Assembly: GCA_963666565.1 (NCBI GenBank)
Contig: OY762911.1
Coordinates: 3,680,001 to 3,744,000 of the forward strand
Direction of reading: 5' to 3'
DNA length: 64,000 nt
From: Thermoanaerobaculia bacterium
GTDB lineage: Bacteria; Acidobacteriota; Thermoanaerobaculia; Multivoradales; Multivoraceae
The notes under the pieces are model-generated. The model worked only from the letters and a program-made list of their open reading frames with translations, was not told where the DNA came from and did not search any database. Made by a program: the position numbers and the translations under genes. Shown piece by piece: positions 40,840 through 53,248 of this stretch (position 1 is its first letter; the number at the start of each line of letters is the position of its first letter).

Positions 40840-43259
40840 GACGATGCTCTCCTCATCTGGAAGGGATCGCTGGCGACGACCGCCTGAATCAGGGACGACA
40901 GGCGGTAGTCGTCGGCCTCCGCGCGGCGCAGGATCGCGCGCACCGCGGGGGCGTCGGTCGCGGTCACGCCGCGGCCGGTGCCGAAGACGAGCAACTTCTC
41001 GGTCAGGGTGGTCAGGAACAGTTCGGGCCGCGCCAGCATCGCCGACTCGAGTTCCACAACACCGCCCAGGGCGGTGCCGTCCCACAGTTCGCCGGAAGCG
41101 TCGATCGGGAAGCCCGCGTCGACCGTCCGCCAGCGGCCGATCGCGTCGTAGTTCTCGAGCGCGAAGCCGACCGGGTCCATCAGCCGGTGGCAGCCGGAAC
41201 AGGCCGGGTTGTCGCGATGGGCCGACAGCCGCTCGCGCATCGGCAGTTCTCTCGCGACGATCTTCGCTTCCGGCAGGTCCGGCACGTCGGGCGGCGGCGG
41301 GGGCGGCGGCACGCCGAGCAGGTTGCCCAGCACCCAGTTGCCGCGCACCACCGGCGAGGTGCGCGTGGCGAACGAGGTCACGGTCAGGATGCTGCCGTGG
41401 CGCAGCAGGCCGCCGCGCACGCTGTCGTCGCCGAGCTCCACCCGCCGGAAGCGGCTGCCGTACACGTGCGGGATGCCGTAGTGCTTGGCCAGCCGCTCGT
41501 TGAGAAACGTGTAGTCCGCCCGGACGAGGTCGAGGGCGCTGCGGTCCTCCCGCAGGATGCTGCCGACGAACAGTTCCGTCTCGCGGCGCATGGCCTGCCG
41601 CAGGTTGTCGTCGAAGTCGGGGAACAGGCGCTTGTCGGGGGTAACGCCGTCCAGATTCCGCAGATGGAGCCACTGGGCGGCGAAGTTCGTGACCAGGTTC
41701 TCCGCCCGCGGGTCGGCGAGCATGCGCTCGACCTGGTGTTCGAGCACGCCCGGCTCGCCCAGGCGGCCGGCCGACGCGAGTTCCAGGAGTTCGTCGTCCG
41801 GGATGCTGCTCCAGAGGAAGAAGGCGAGCCGCGACGCGAGTTCCAGGTCGCTGACGCGGTACGGCGCCCCGGGCTCAACGCCGGCCGGATCCCGCTCGAT
41901 GCGGAACAGGAACTCCGGGCTGACCAGGACCGCCGCCAATCCCATCTCGATGCCGGCCTCGAACCCGTGCTCGGCCCTGGCCTGTTCATAAAGCGCGAAG
42001 GGTCCGCGCACGTCCTCGCCGGTCACCGGCCGGCGGTAGGCCCGGCCCATGACCTTGGCCAGGATCTTCCGCGCGCAGGGGTCCTCCTCCGCGGCGGTCT
42101 CCGACTGGCAGACGAAGATCCGCTGGCGGCTCGGGGTGTCGCCGGCCCCGAGCGGCAGGTAAGGCCCGACGATCGAGACGGAGAAGATGGCCGGCTGCAC
42201 CCTCGGGTGGCGGTAGTAGTTGAAGTGCGACTCGTAGGGCTGGCGCGCCGTCTCGAGCAGCACCCAGGGCCGGGCCGGGAAGGTGACGCCGACGTCGTGC
42301 GGTCCCGCGGTGACCGGCGCCCGGACGACCAGGTGATCGTCGACGTCGTCCTGCGACGGCTGGTAGTTCAGCGCCACGTCGCTCATCAGGTCCGGCGGAG
42401 CGACGGTGAAGGTCTGTATGTGCTCCCGGTCGATCAGGAGCTCCAGGTCGTGCGCCTCGCTCAGGCCCTCGACGTGCTCGTTGCGGTCGCGGGCGAGGCG
42501 GATGGAGAACTCGTAGACGCCGTCCGCCGGGAAGTTCCAGGTCGCGAGAAGGCCGCCGCGGGTGCCGACCGGAAGGCCTTCGACGTGCTTCTCCTGGGTC
42601 TCGTCCGGCGCCGTGCGAAACGTGATGCCGACCGGTTCCGCGTACGAGCGGCCGACCGCCAGCCGGCTGATCTTCTCCGCCGCGCCGACGTAGCGCTCCA
42701 GCAGGGTGGGCGACAGGTCGCCGACGGTCACGTTGTCGAACCCGAAGCTCGCCGAGTCCGCCGGCAGGAGCGAGGCGACGTCGACCTCCAGCGCCAGCAG
42801 ATCGCGCACGGCGTTGTGGTACTCGGTGCGGTTCAGCCGGCGGAACGTCTCGGTGCGGCCCGGGTCCGGCGCCTCGGCGGCGAGCCGGTCGAGCTCGCCC
42901 TCAAGTGAAGACAAGGCCTCCCGGTACGCGCTCTCGTCCGGACGGCGCCGGCCCGGCGGCGGCATCTGGCGCGCGCGCAGCTTGCGGGCCACCTTCTCCC
43001 AGGTCGCGCGGTCGAGATTCTCGTGCTGCTCGACCAGCGCGTCGAGTTCGAGCCCGGCCGTCTTGAGCCGGTTGTTGTGACAACCCAGGCAGTGCCGCGA
43101 GATGAGCGCGCGATGCGGCGCGTCGGCGTCGAACGCGGGCGCCGCGGGCGGGCCAGCCGCGGCAGCTGCCCCGGTGTGCGCCAGGAAGAGCGCGAGGCAA
43201 ACCGCCGCCGCATCGATCGCCCGCGGGCGACAACACCGACTGGGTCGTGGGTTACGCAA
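40836..43259 (-). CDS. DUF1592/DUF1588/DUF1585 planctomycete-type cytochrome c protein
   Basis: Heme motifs CLGCH and CSGCH; RRLNRTEY, ELASRLAFFLWSSIPD, TSPVVRG. Confidence 0.9.
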   Translation of the reverse strand: MRNPRPSRCCRPRAIDAAAVCLALFLAHTGAAAAAGPPAAPAFDADAPHRALISRHCLGCHNNRLKTAGLELDALVEQHENLDRATWEKVARKLRARQMPPPGRRRPDESAYREALSSLEGELDRLAAEAPDPGRTETFRRLNRTEYHNAVRDLLALEVDVASLLPADSASFGFDNVTVGDLSPTLLERYVGAAEKISRLAVGRSYAEPVGITFRTAPDETQEKHVEGLPVGTRGGLLATWNFPADGVYEFSIRLARDRNEHVEGLSEAHDLELLIDREHIQTFTVAPPDLMSDVALNYQPSQDDVDDHLVVRAPVTAGPHDVGVTFPARPWVLLETARQPYESHFNYYRHPRVQPAIFSVSIVGPYLPLGAGDTPSRQRIFVCQSETAAEEDPCARKILAKVMGRAYRRPVTGEDVRGPFALYEQARAEHGFEAGIEMGLAAVLVSPEFLFRIERDPAGVEPGAPYRVSDLELASRLAFFLWSSIPDDELLELASAGRLGEPGVLEHQVERMLADPRAENLVTNFAAQWLHLRNLDGVTPDKRLFPDFDDNLRQAMRRETELFVGSILREDRSALDLVRADYTFLNERLAKHYGIPHVYGSRFRRVELGDDSVRGGLLRHGSILTVTSFATRTSPVVRGNWVLGNLLGVPPPPPPPDVPDLPEAKIVARELPMRERLSAHRDNPACSGCHRLMDPVGFALENYDAIGRWRTVDAGFPIDASGELWDGTALGGVVELESAMLARPELFLTTLTEKLLVFGTGRGVTATDAPAVRAILRRAEADDYRLSSLIQAVVASDPFQMRRASS

Positions 43260-43464
43260 TCTCCAACTCCCAGGCTGAAGACCTGAACTGGCTACGGGAA
43301 CGCGAGCGGCAGTCTAACAGTCCGCCCAGCCGCTGGATGTGCGCGACCTCGTAGCGGATCATCGTCGGTAACGGTCGCGGTAGTGGGCGGCGATTACGTT
43401 CGCGCCGGGTGCGCCGGCGTCCCGGCCGGCTTCCGCACCTCCCGCCGCGTTAGCATCGCCGACG

Positions 43465-44373
43465 GTGACGGGGATCGACCATCGAATCCGGGCGTTTCTG
43501 GTGGCCGCGGTCGTCCTCGCTCAGCCGGCGCCGGGCCAGGAGTCGGAGGCTGCCCGCTACGAGAGCGCCCTTGCCGAATGGCGGGCCGAACGTGTGGCGA
43601 GCCTCAAGGGCCCGGACGGCTGGCTCAATCTGGCGGGACTGCACTGGCTGAAGGAAGGCGCCAACAGCTTCGGCGCCGCCGCCGGCAACGACTTCTTGGC
43701 GCCGGAAGGGTCGGCGCCGCCGAAGCTCGGCAGTTTCCTGGTCGAGGACGGCACGGTCACTTTCCGGGCTGACCCTGGAGCCGACGTCCTCCACGGCGAA
43801 GCGCCTATCGCCGAGATGCTTCTCGCCGACGACAAGGAGGGCGAGCCCACCCTCCTCACCCACGGTTCCCTGGCCTGGACCGTGATCCGCCGAATGGACC
43901 GGCTCGGAGTGCGGTTGCGCGACTACGACCATCCCGCCGTGAAGGCACTCGCCGGCATCGAGTCCTATCCGCCGAGTCTCGACTGGCGCATCGAGGCCCG
44001 CTTCGAGCCCTATCCGGAACCGCGGACGATCCGGGTGCCCACGGTCGTGGCAGGTCTCGGCTGGGAACCGACCGTCCCCGGCACCCTGGAGTTCGAGGCC
44101 CAGGGACAGTCGCTCTCGCTGGAGGCCTACCGGTCCGACGATCGGTTCTTCATCGTCTTCGCCGATGCAACGGCCGGCGACACGACCTACCCTGCCGGCC
44201 GCTATCTCGCGGCTGATCTTCCCGGCGAGGACGGCATGACGATCCTGGACTTCAACAAGGCCTACAACCCACCCTGTGTGTTCAGCGAGTTCGCCACCTG
44301 CCCGCTGGCGACCCCGCGGAACCGCCTCCCGGTGGCCGTTGAGGCTGGCGAGAAGTACGCCGAGAGACCGTAG
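43465..44373 (+). CDS. DUF1684 domain protein, secreted
   Basis: GWLNLAGLHWL, TYPAGRYL, LDFNKAYNPPC..CP. Confidence 0.88.
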   Translation: MTGIDHRIRAFLVAAVVLAQPAPGQESEAARYESALAEWRAERVASLKGPDGWLNLAGLHWLKEGANSFGAAAGNDFLAPEGSAPPKLGSFLVEDGTVTFRADPGADVLHGEAPIAEMLLADDKEGEPTLLTHGSLAWTVIRRMDRLGVRLRDYDHPAVKALAGIESYPPSLDWRIEARFEPYPEPRTIRVPTVVAGLGWEPTVPGTLEFEAQGQSLSLEAYRSDDRFFIVFADATAGDTTYPAGRYLAADLPGEDGMTILDFNKAYNPPCVFSEFATCPLATPRNRLPVAVEAGEKYAERP

Positions 44374-44451
44374 CGATCGACCTCACCGCTCCGCAGCTCG
44401 CAGAATGCGGGTCAGAAGACCCGCGCACCCAGGCGGGTGTCACCGACGCCG

Positions 44452-46206
<1,755 letters not shown>

Positions 46207-46302
46207 GGTCCGTCCTCTGGTTCGTTCTCTTGGGGGGGCCGATCCTACCGCCGCCGCCAGGCCGCGCCGCGACTAGACTCCGACCAGCGAATCCGTAGCC
46301 CG

Positions 46303-49300
46303 ATGCTCTCCGCCGACCCCATCCACGAAGCCCTCCGCGAGTTCGCGGACGCCGTGCGGGCCAAGACCGCGGCACAAGGGCGGGGCCAGCCCGAAGATCA
46401 ACTCCGTGGCCCGTTCGAGACGCTCCTGAGCCGGGTCGGCGCTGCCGAGGGACTGCAGGTCGTAGCGAGTGGCGAGGCGCAGCTCCCGAAGGGACTTGGC
46501 CGTCCCGACTTCGCCGTCCACCGAGACGGCCTCTTGACCGGCTACGCCGAGCTCAAGGCGCCCGGACGCGGTGCGCGGAAGGAGGACTTCAAGGGCCACG
46601 ACCGCGAGCAGTTCGAGCGGTTCTCGTCCCTTCCCAACGTTCTCTACACGGACGGGAACGAATGGGCCCTCTATCGTCGAGGAGACCTTGGAGGCGGTGT
46701 CGTCCGGTTCGGCGGCAACGTGGCGGAGAGCGGGGCGAACGCGGTTGCACGGGAAGACGCCCGATCCCTCGCGTCCTTGCTCCGGATGTACCTCGCCTGG
46801 GCGCCGATCGTGCCCAAGACCGCCAGCGGCGACATCGACCTCGCCCGGTTCGCGGAGGAACTCGCCCCGCTTTGCCGCCTCCTGCGCGACGAGGTCATCG
46901 ACGCGCTCGGCGATCCAGTCCTTCCGATCGAACGGCTGAGGACGGAATGGCGGGAGTTGCTCTTCCCGCAAGCCTCCGACGCCGAGTTCGCCGACGCGTA
47001 CGCCCAGACGGTCACGTTCGCGATGCTGCTGGGACGAAGCCTCGGCGCCGAGCCACTCACCCTTCAGAACGCCCAAGACGCCCTCTTTTCGCAACACAGC
47101 CTCCTGTCGCGCGCTCTCCAACTTCTGACGGACGGACGAATCGCCGACACGCTCGTCACTCCTCTCTGCCTTCTTCAGCGGCTGATCGGCGCACTCCCGG
47201 CCGATTCCCTGAGCACGAAGACCGATCCCTGGCTCTACTTCTACGAGGACTTCCTCGCGGCCTACGATCCGAAGCTCCGAAAGGACTCCGGCGTCTACTA
47301 CACGCCGGTCGAGGTCGTCCACGCCCAGGTACGGTTGATCGACGACCTGCTGGTCAACCGTCTCGGGCGCCGGCACGGTTTCGCCGATCCGACCGTTTCC
47401 ACTCTCGACCCGGCCGCGGGCACCGGCACCTACCTGCTGGGCGTGATCGAACACACGCTGGGTCGGCTCGCCGAGGAGGAGGGGCCCGGCGTCACTTCCG
47501 GTCACGCGAGCGAACTGGCCCGCAATCTCCACGGCTTCGAGCGGATCGTGGGCGCCTACGCGGTTGCCGAACTGAGGGTCAGTCAGGCCCTGGCCGGCGC
47601 GGGCGGCGAACTCCTGCCGCAGGGCACGAGGATCTACCTCACGGACACCCTCGAGAGTCCCAGCGCCAAACCGCCGCAGCTCGGTCTCTTCTACGAGCCG
47701 ATCTCGGTACAGCGACAGAGGGCGCTGGAGGTCAAGGCCCTGGAACCGGTCCTCGTCTGTCTCGGCAATCCGCCCTACGACCGGCACGAGGCGGCCGGCC
47801 CAGACAACCGGGCGATGACCGGCGCCTGGGTACGCCACGGCGAGGACGGAAGCGACGCGCCGCCACTCCTCGAGGACTTCCTGGCACCCGCCCGCGAAGG
47901 CGGACACGCCGGTCATCTGAAGAACGTCTACAACCTCTACGTCTACTTCTGGCGCTGGGCGCTCTGGAAGGTCCTGGAGCACGACACGACGAGCGACGGG
48001 ACCGGCGTCGTCAGCTTCATCACCGCCTCGAGCTACATCGAGGGGGACGCTTTCAGCGGCATGAGGGAGCACATGCGGCGGGTTTGCGACGAACTGTGGA
48101 TCCTCGACCTGGGCGGCGAGGGGCGAGGGACCCGCCGGGAAGAGAACGTGTTCGCGATCCAGACGCCGGTGGCCATCGCTGTCGCGCTTCGCACCGGGAA
48201 GCCGGACCCGACCGTCCCGGCCACGGCGCGGTACGCGCGGATTCGCGGGAGCCGACGCGACAAGCTGTCCAGGCTGGACGCGATACGGTGCTTCGGCGAC
48301 GTCGAGTGGCTGGATTGCCCCGACGGTTGGCAGTCCCCGTTGCGGCCAGCGGGCAAGGGGACCTACTTCGACTGGCCGCTGCTGACGGATCTCATGCCGT
48401 GGCAGCACTCCGGCGTGCAATTGAAGCGAACCTGGCCGATCGCGCCGGATCGAGAGACGCTGCACGCACGATGGACGCAACTGCTCCGCGCACCCGACCG
48501 GGGCCGCGCCTTCCGCGAAACGGACGACCGAAGAATCGACCGGCCTTACGCAGCGGCGTGGAGCGCCTCCGCCGACCCGACGCCGCTCGCGGAGCTTCCG
48601 GTCGGCGCGCCGACGCCGCCCTTCCGGCGCTACGGCTACCGCTCCTTCGATCGTCAGTGGATCCTCGCCGACACCCGACTGATGTCCCGGCCTCGCCCTC
48701 CTCTCTGGCAGTCGGACGGACCACGGCAGATCTACCTGACCACCATGCTCAGCCAACCCCTGGGAGAAGGTCCTGCCGTCACGGCTTCCGCGTCCATTCC
48801 CGACCTGACCATTTCCGCGGCTCCTACGGCGCGAAGAACGCGATCCCCCTCTACCGAACCGCCAGCGCTTCCGAACCGAACCTGTTGCCCGGGCTGCTCG
48901 AACGGCTGGGCGCCGCCTATGGCCGACCGGTTACGCCGGAGCGCTTTGCCGCCTACCTCTATTGCCTGCTGGCCCAGCCGGCCTTCACCCGACGCTTCGC
49001 CCAGGAACTCGACAGCCGGGAGGTGCGAGTCCCGATCACGCGCGACGCGGGACTCTTCGACCGGGCATCGGCACAGGGCGCGCACTTGCTGTGGCTGCAC
49101 ACCTGGGGGGAGAGGCTGGCTTCCAGCGGCCCGCCGGTCAAAGGCGTCGGCGATGGCAAAGCCCGGTGCCTGAAGAGCGTTCCAGCCACGGAAGGCGGCT
49201 ATCCCCGCGCGTTTCGCTACGACGAGGAGAGCCAAACGCTCCACGTGGGCGAGGGGGAGTTCCGCCCCGTAGCGCCGGAGGCGTTCCGCTTCGAGGTCTC

Positions 49301-49664
49301 GGGCCTCAAGGTGGTCTCGTCCTGGCTCGGCTATCGGATGCGGGACGGCGCGGGCCGCAGGTCCTCGCCCCTCGACGACGTTCGCCCTCGACGCTGGACG
49401 AACGTGATGACGACGGAACTGCTGGAGCTGTTGTGGCTGCTGGAAGCGACCTTGGAGAGCTACCCGCGCCAGGAGGTGCTGCTTGAGGAAGTTGTCGCCA
49501 GTCGCTGCCTTTCCGCAAGCGACCTGCCTCCCGTGCCCGAGGAGGCGCACCGGGCGCCGAGCGCGACGGAAGCGGCGAACGAACTGAGGGAACCGCGCGT
49601 TTCCCCGCAGGATCTGCTCTTCGGTAATGAGGCGCCCGCGAGCAAAGACCCGGTCGAGGCGTAA
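46303..49664 (+). pseudogene. Single-chain Type IIG/ISP-like restriction-modification enzyme (no helicase), frameshifted near 48807
   Basis: RPDFAV..YAELKAPG nuclease, GVYYTP, DPAAGTG, GNPPY; frame 1 ..SIPDL, frame 2 HFRGSYGAKNAIPLYR..VSGLKVVSSWLGYR (ISP-type C-terminal specificity domain); 1 nt missing. Confidence 0.85.
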
Positions 49665-49860
49665 CGACGGTTGCGGTCCGCCAGGGCCGCACCCGCGGCC
49701 TTGCGAGGGGAGGCGACTCGGGACGGCACCTTGAGTCAGGCCGATGCCACACGGATCGCCTGTCGTCAGCGAGCGATGAAGACCGGGCCGGGACTACATC
49801 CCGCGACAGCGAAGCCAACGGCGCCAACCAGGATCCGAACCACTCGTTCCATCGTCAAAG

Positions 49861-50745
49861 TCAGCTCCGCCGGTTCTCGCCGTACCACGAGATCAGCCAG
49901 ACGAAGGAGTAGACGTCGATGAAGTCCCGTGGCGAAAGATCGTCGCGTTCGGCCTTCTCCAGTTCGGACTTGAGATAGCTTGAGAACGTCAGTATCCGGT
50001 CGTAGGCAGGCCAATCCATGTCTGTCGTATAGGCGATGTCGTAGGCGCACATCTGGGCAGCGCCCTGGATGTACTTCGGCTTCACGAACATGTAGCGCTC
50101 CGGTTCGAAGAGGAACCAGAGGTAGGTGGCGATGGTCCACTTCGCGGCGCCGAGCTTGCCCAGCACCGCGACGAAGCGCTCGAACCGGTTGGCCGGCGCA
50201 TCCTCTCCATGGAGCAGGCGGGAAAGCGCCGTCGCGAAAGCCCGCCGGTTCCCGGCGTCCTTCAATCCGTCTCGCAAGTCCATCTTCTCGTTCGGAAAGA
50301 TGAGGTTCGTCTTGTTGACTACCCTGGCGGCCCGCTCACAGATGTCGTCGTGCTCTCCGCTCGCCAGCGCGGCCTCGACAACCTCGCGAGCGAGTTCCGT
50401 CCGAGCCAGCGCGCCTGCTTCCACCTTGTAGCGGCGTTCCCTGGTCAAGTATCGGTCGCCCAGGAAGCCGCCCTCAAAGTCAGCAAGGAAGTCCTCCATG
50501 GAGCGCTTGAGGCTCCGGTACCTCGTCCCCGGTTTCAGACGGTCGAGAAGAGCATGAGCCGGCCGAGGATCGAGAAGCTCGAGCGCGACGTGTCGCAAGG
50601 AGACGGTCTTCGTGCCCTCCTCGACAAAGAACACGTCCGCGTGGTCGCCCCTGACGTCGCGCACTTCGCCGAGGCCCCACTCCTTCATCTTCGGGTGGAG
50701 AACACGATCGCCACGCCACAACTGTCTGGCACCTGCACTACCCAT
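49861..50745 (-). CDS. DUF3553-like N-terminus plus unknown domain; candidate defence accessory protein
   Basis: GDRVLHPKMKEWGLGEV; ERRYK, AKWTIATY, PRDFIDVYSFVW; convergent with the RM gene. Confidence 0.65.
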   Translation of the reverse strand: MGSAGARQLWRGDRVLHPKMKEWGLGEVRDVRGDHADVFFVEEGTKTVSLRHVALELLDPRPAHALLDRLKPGTRYRSLKRSMEDFLADFEGGFLGDRYLTRERRYKVEAGALARTELAREVVEAALASGEHDDICERAARVVNKTNLIFPNEKMDLRDGLKDAGNRRAFATALSRLLHGEDAPANRFERFVAVLGKLGAAKWTIATYLWFLFEPERYMFVKPKYIQGAAQMCAYDIAYTTDMDWPAYDRILTFSSYLKSELEKAERDDLSPRDFIDVYSFVWLISWYGENRRS

Positions 50746-50782
50746 CAAGACTCCCTCCGGCGGTCAAACCTGTGACGCCCGC

Positions 50783-52336
50783 TCACCTGCAACTCCAGTT
50801 CGCCGCGTCGTTCACGTCGCCCTTGCCGCTGTACTTCGCCGCCTCCGGCCAGGCACAAAGCGGGCGCGTGAACTCCGGTTCCGGCCCCAGGCGACTCGCC
50901 TCGATCCGCTCCGGCGCTATCCCCTTCTCGGTCCAGGCGACCAGCGGATCGACGTAGTCGGCGACCCAGGCGCCGGGGCCGCGGGCGCAGTGGATCATGC
51001 CGGGCACCATGAACAGGCGGAAGAACTCGCCGGCTTCGTCCGCGCCGCCGCTTTCCTTCTCCACTTCGTGCAGGTAGTCGATCGCCCGCTGCGGACGCAA
51101 CGGATAGTCATTCCAGCCCTGGTACATCAGCAGCTTGCCGCCGCGGGCCCGGAACGCCGAGAGGTCCGCCGTGAGCACGTCGAGCGGCGCGGTGGCCGCC
51201 GTGAGGAGGTCGCGGTCGGCGACCGGGTCGAACTTCTCGACGTCGAAGTCCGGCTCGAAGCGCATCAGGGCCTCGAGCAGCACGTCCATGCCGTCGATCA
51301 GCGACTGGTCCGGCGCCCCGCGACGGGCTGTGGGCAGCATCCAGGCGGCCCAGTCGCCTGCGTCCTCGGCGCCCGGCGGCACGCCCGGCGACAGGACGTT
51401 GCCGTCCGCGTCGAGGACGTCGGCGTACATGTAGCGGGCGGTCTGTAGCTGGCCCGCTGTGAGGCAGTTCTCCGTCGAGTCCGGCGGGCACTGGAGGGCG
51501 TTCAGATCGAAGATGTCCGCGGTGCACTTCGTCGGATCGTCGATCACGCCGTCCTCGACTCCGTCCAGCGCGTCGCAGGCCTCGCGAGACGCCTTGCCGA
51601 GCAACTGGAACGACTCCGCGGTCAGAGGATGCTTCGCCTGCAGGCGCGCCCCGCCGATCATCCACGGCACGAACTCCTGGAAGCGGAAGGCCGGCGCTCC
51701 GGCCAGGACGCCGTCGTAGTCGTTGGGAAAGCGGGTCGCCTCGAGCATCGCGGCGCGGCCGCCGTTCGAGCAGCCCTTGACGTAGGAGTAGTCGATCTCG
51801 CGTCCGTAGTAGCGCTGGATCACCCGTTTGGCCGCCGCCGTCGCCAGATGGACGCCGCGATAGGCATAGTCGAGCAGGGCCTCGGGCTGCCGCACGTAGT
51901 CGCGCTCCTGGCCCTCGTGGCCGGTGTCCGTCGAGGCCATCGCGAACCCGCGGCCGAGCAGGCTCGTCGTGTCGCCGATGAATCCCGCGGCGCCACCGAC
52001 CGTGCTGAACATCATCCGGCCGTTCCAGTCGTCGGGAAGAGTGACCTCGAAGCGGATCGCCCGGTTGACGACGCCGCGTACGCGGCAGTGGGCCGGCGCC
52101 CGCTCCGAAGCCGCGACCCGCAGCCCGGGCTCGATCGCGTGGTCGAGGTCGGTCAGGGCGACCAGACCGCGGCAGTCGCGGCGGGTGTCGTTGGCGGCCA
52201 CGGGCGGTGCGACGACCGGCAGGAACAGCAGGACAGCGGCGAAGCACAACGGCGCCGGCCAACGAAGCGGGGAGGATGCGGGCCGGATGCCCGCATCTCC
52301 GGGTCGATGAGCGAGGGCGGAGAGTGGGATTGTCAC
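50783..52336 (-). CDS. Tannase/feruloyl esterase family hydrolase
   Basis: STDTGH, GCSNGGR, GWND, PGMIHC (CS-D-HC motif); GTG after AAGGAG. Confidence 0.92.
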   Translation of the reverse strand: MTIPLSALAHRPGDAGIRPASSPLRWPAPLCFAAVLLFLPVVAPPVAANDTRRDCRGLVALTDLDHAIEPGLRVAASERAPAHCRVRGVVNRAIRFEVTLPDDWNGRMMFSTVGGAAGFIGDTTSLLGRGFAMASTDTGHEGQERDYVRQPEALLDYAYRGVHLATAAAKRVIQRYYGREIDYSYVKGCSNGGRAAMLEATRFPNDYDGVLAGAPAFRFQEFVPWMIGGARLQAKHPLTAESFQLLGKASREACDALDGVEDGVIDDPTKCTADIFDLNALQCPPDSTENCLTAGQLQTARYMYADVLDADGNVLSPGVPPGAEDAGDWAAWMLPTARRGAPDQSLIDGMDVLLEALMRFEPDFDVEKFDPVADRDLLTAATAPLDVLTADLSAFRARGGKLLMYQGWNDYPLRPQRAIDYLHEVEKESGGADEAGEFFRLFMVPGMIHCARGPGAWVADYVDPLVAWTEKGIAPERIEASRLGPEPEFTRPLCAWPEAAKYSGKGDVNDAANWSCR

Positions 52337-52365
52337 TTGGTGCTCCTTTGCCGAGATACCGAAGG

Positions 52366-53208
52366 TCAGGCTGCAACGCCGGCGCGGGCGATGAGCGCCA
52401 CCGTGCCGTCCGCCTTGGCGATCCAGACGAAGGCCGCGGTGCGTTCGGGATCGTCCGGATCCGGGCCGGTCACGACACCGTTGACGGTAATCGTGTCCCC
52501 GGGCCAGACCGGGTTCGTGAACTTGAGGTCGAAGGAGCCGCTCCGCCACCAGGCCTCGCCGAAGCGCTCTTCGAGAATGTGGCCAACGTAGCCCATCGTC
52601 ATCCGGCCGCCGACCACGACGTCCTGGAAGCCGAGTTCGCGGGATGCCTCCCTGTCGGTGTGGTAGTTGGCGTTGCCGTGAAAGAACTGGCCGCACATCT
52701 CGAGTGAGATCGTGCGCTCCAGGCCGCCGAACCGCTCACCCTCCGGCACGTCGAAGCGTCGCGCTCCCGGCTTCTTGCGCGGATCGCGCAGGTCGACGTC
52801 CCCGGTGTACTCCTGGTCGCGCAGGAAGCTCTGGTGATGGTGGGTCTCCAGGACCTGCCGGCCGTTACCGTCGCTGAGCCGGACCCGGTAGTCGACGACG
52901 ACGCGGTTGCGCCGGTCGTAGATGTCGCAGATGTCGCCGCCAACCGTGTAGACGGTGCCCGCCTTCATCGGCGCCGAAAGCGCCCATTCCTCGCGCATCC
53001 AGAGATGCCCGGTCTGGTTGGCGAAGGCGATCTCACGGAAGTAGTCGCCGTCCGGGCCACTCGCGATCGTGGACGGCAACAGGCCGCTGCTCGGCGGTTC
53101 GAGTTGAAGGCCGCCGTAGTAGTCGGCGAGCACGGCGTCATCGACGACGAAGGTCCCGCTGCTCAGCCGCTTTCCTACGTACGGCCCGTTCCCGTTCGAC
53201 CCGTCCAT
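52366..53208 (-). CDS. Double-hotdog MaoC-like dehydratase
   Basis: NYHTDREAS..GFQDVVVGG, LKFTNPVWPGD. Confidence 0.8.
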   Translation of the reverse strand: MDGSNGNGPYVGKRLSSGTFVVDDAVLADYYGGLQLEPPSSGLLPSTIASGPDGDYFREIAFANQTGHLWMREEWALSAPMKAGTVYTVGGDICDIYDRRNRVVVDYRVRLSDGNGRQVLETHHHQSFLRDQEYTGDVDLRDPRKKPGARRFDVPEGERFGGLERTISLEMCGQFFHGNANYHTDREASRELGFQDVVVGGRMTMGYVGHILEERFGEAWWRSGSFDLKFTNPVWPGDTITVNGVVTGPDPDDPERTAAFVWIAKADGTVALIARAGVAA

Positions 53209-53248
53209 CCCTTCCCCCTGTCTCTACTGCACTTGAGAAAGACGAAGC

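Noticed and set aside
39487-41673. 728-aa DUF1552 protein
   Set aside because: The upstream part overlaps the DUF1592 gene out of frame; the Tat signal begins at 40839
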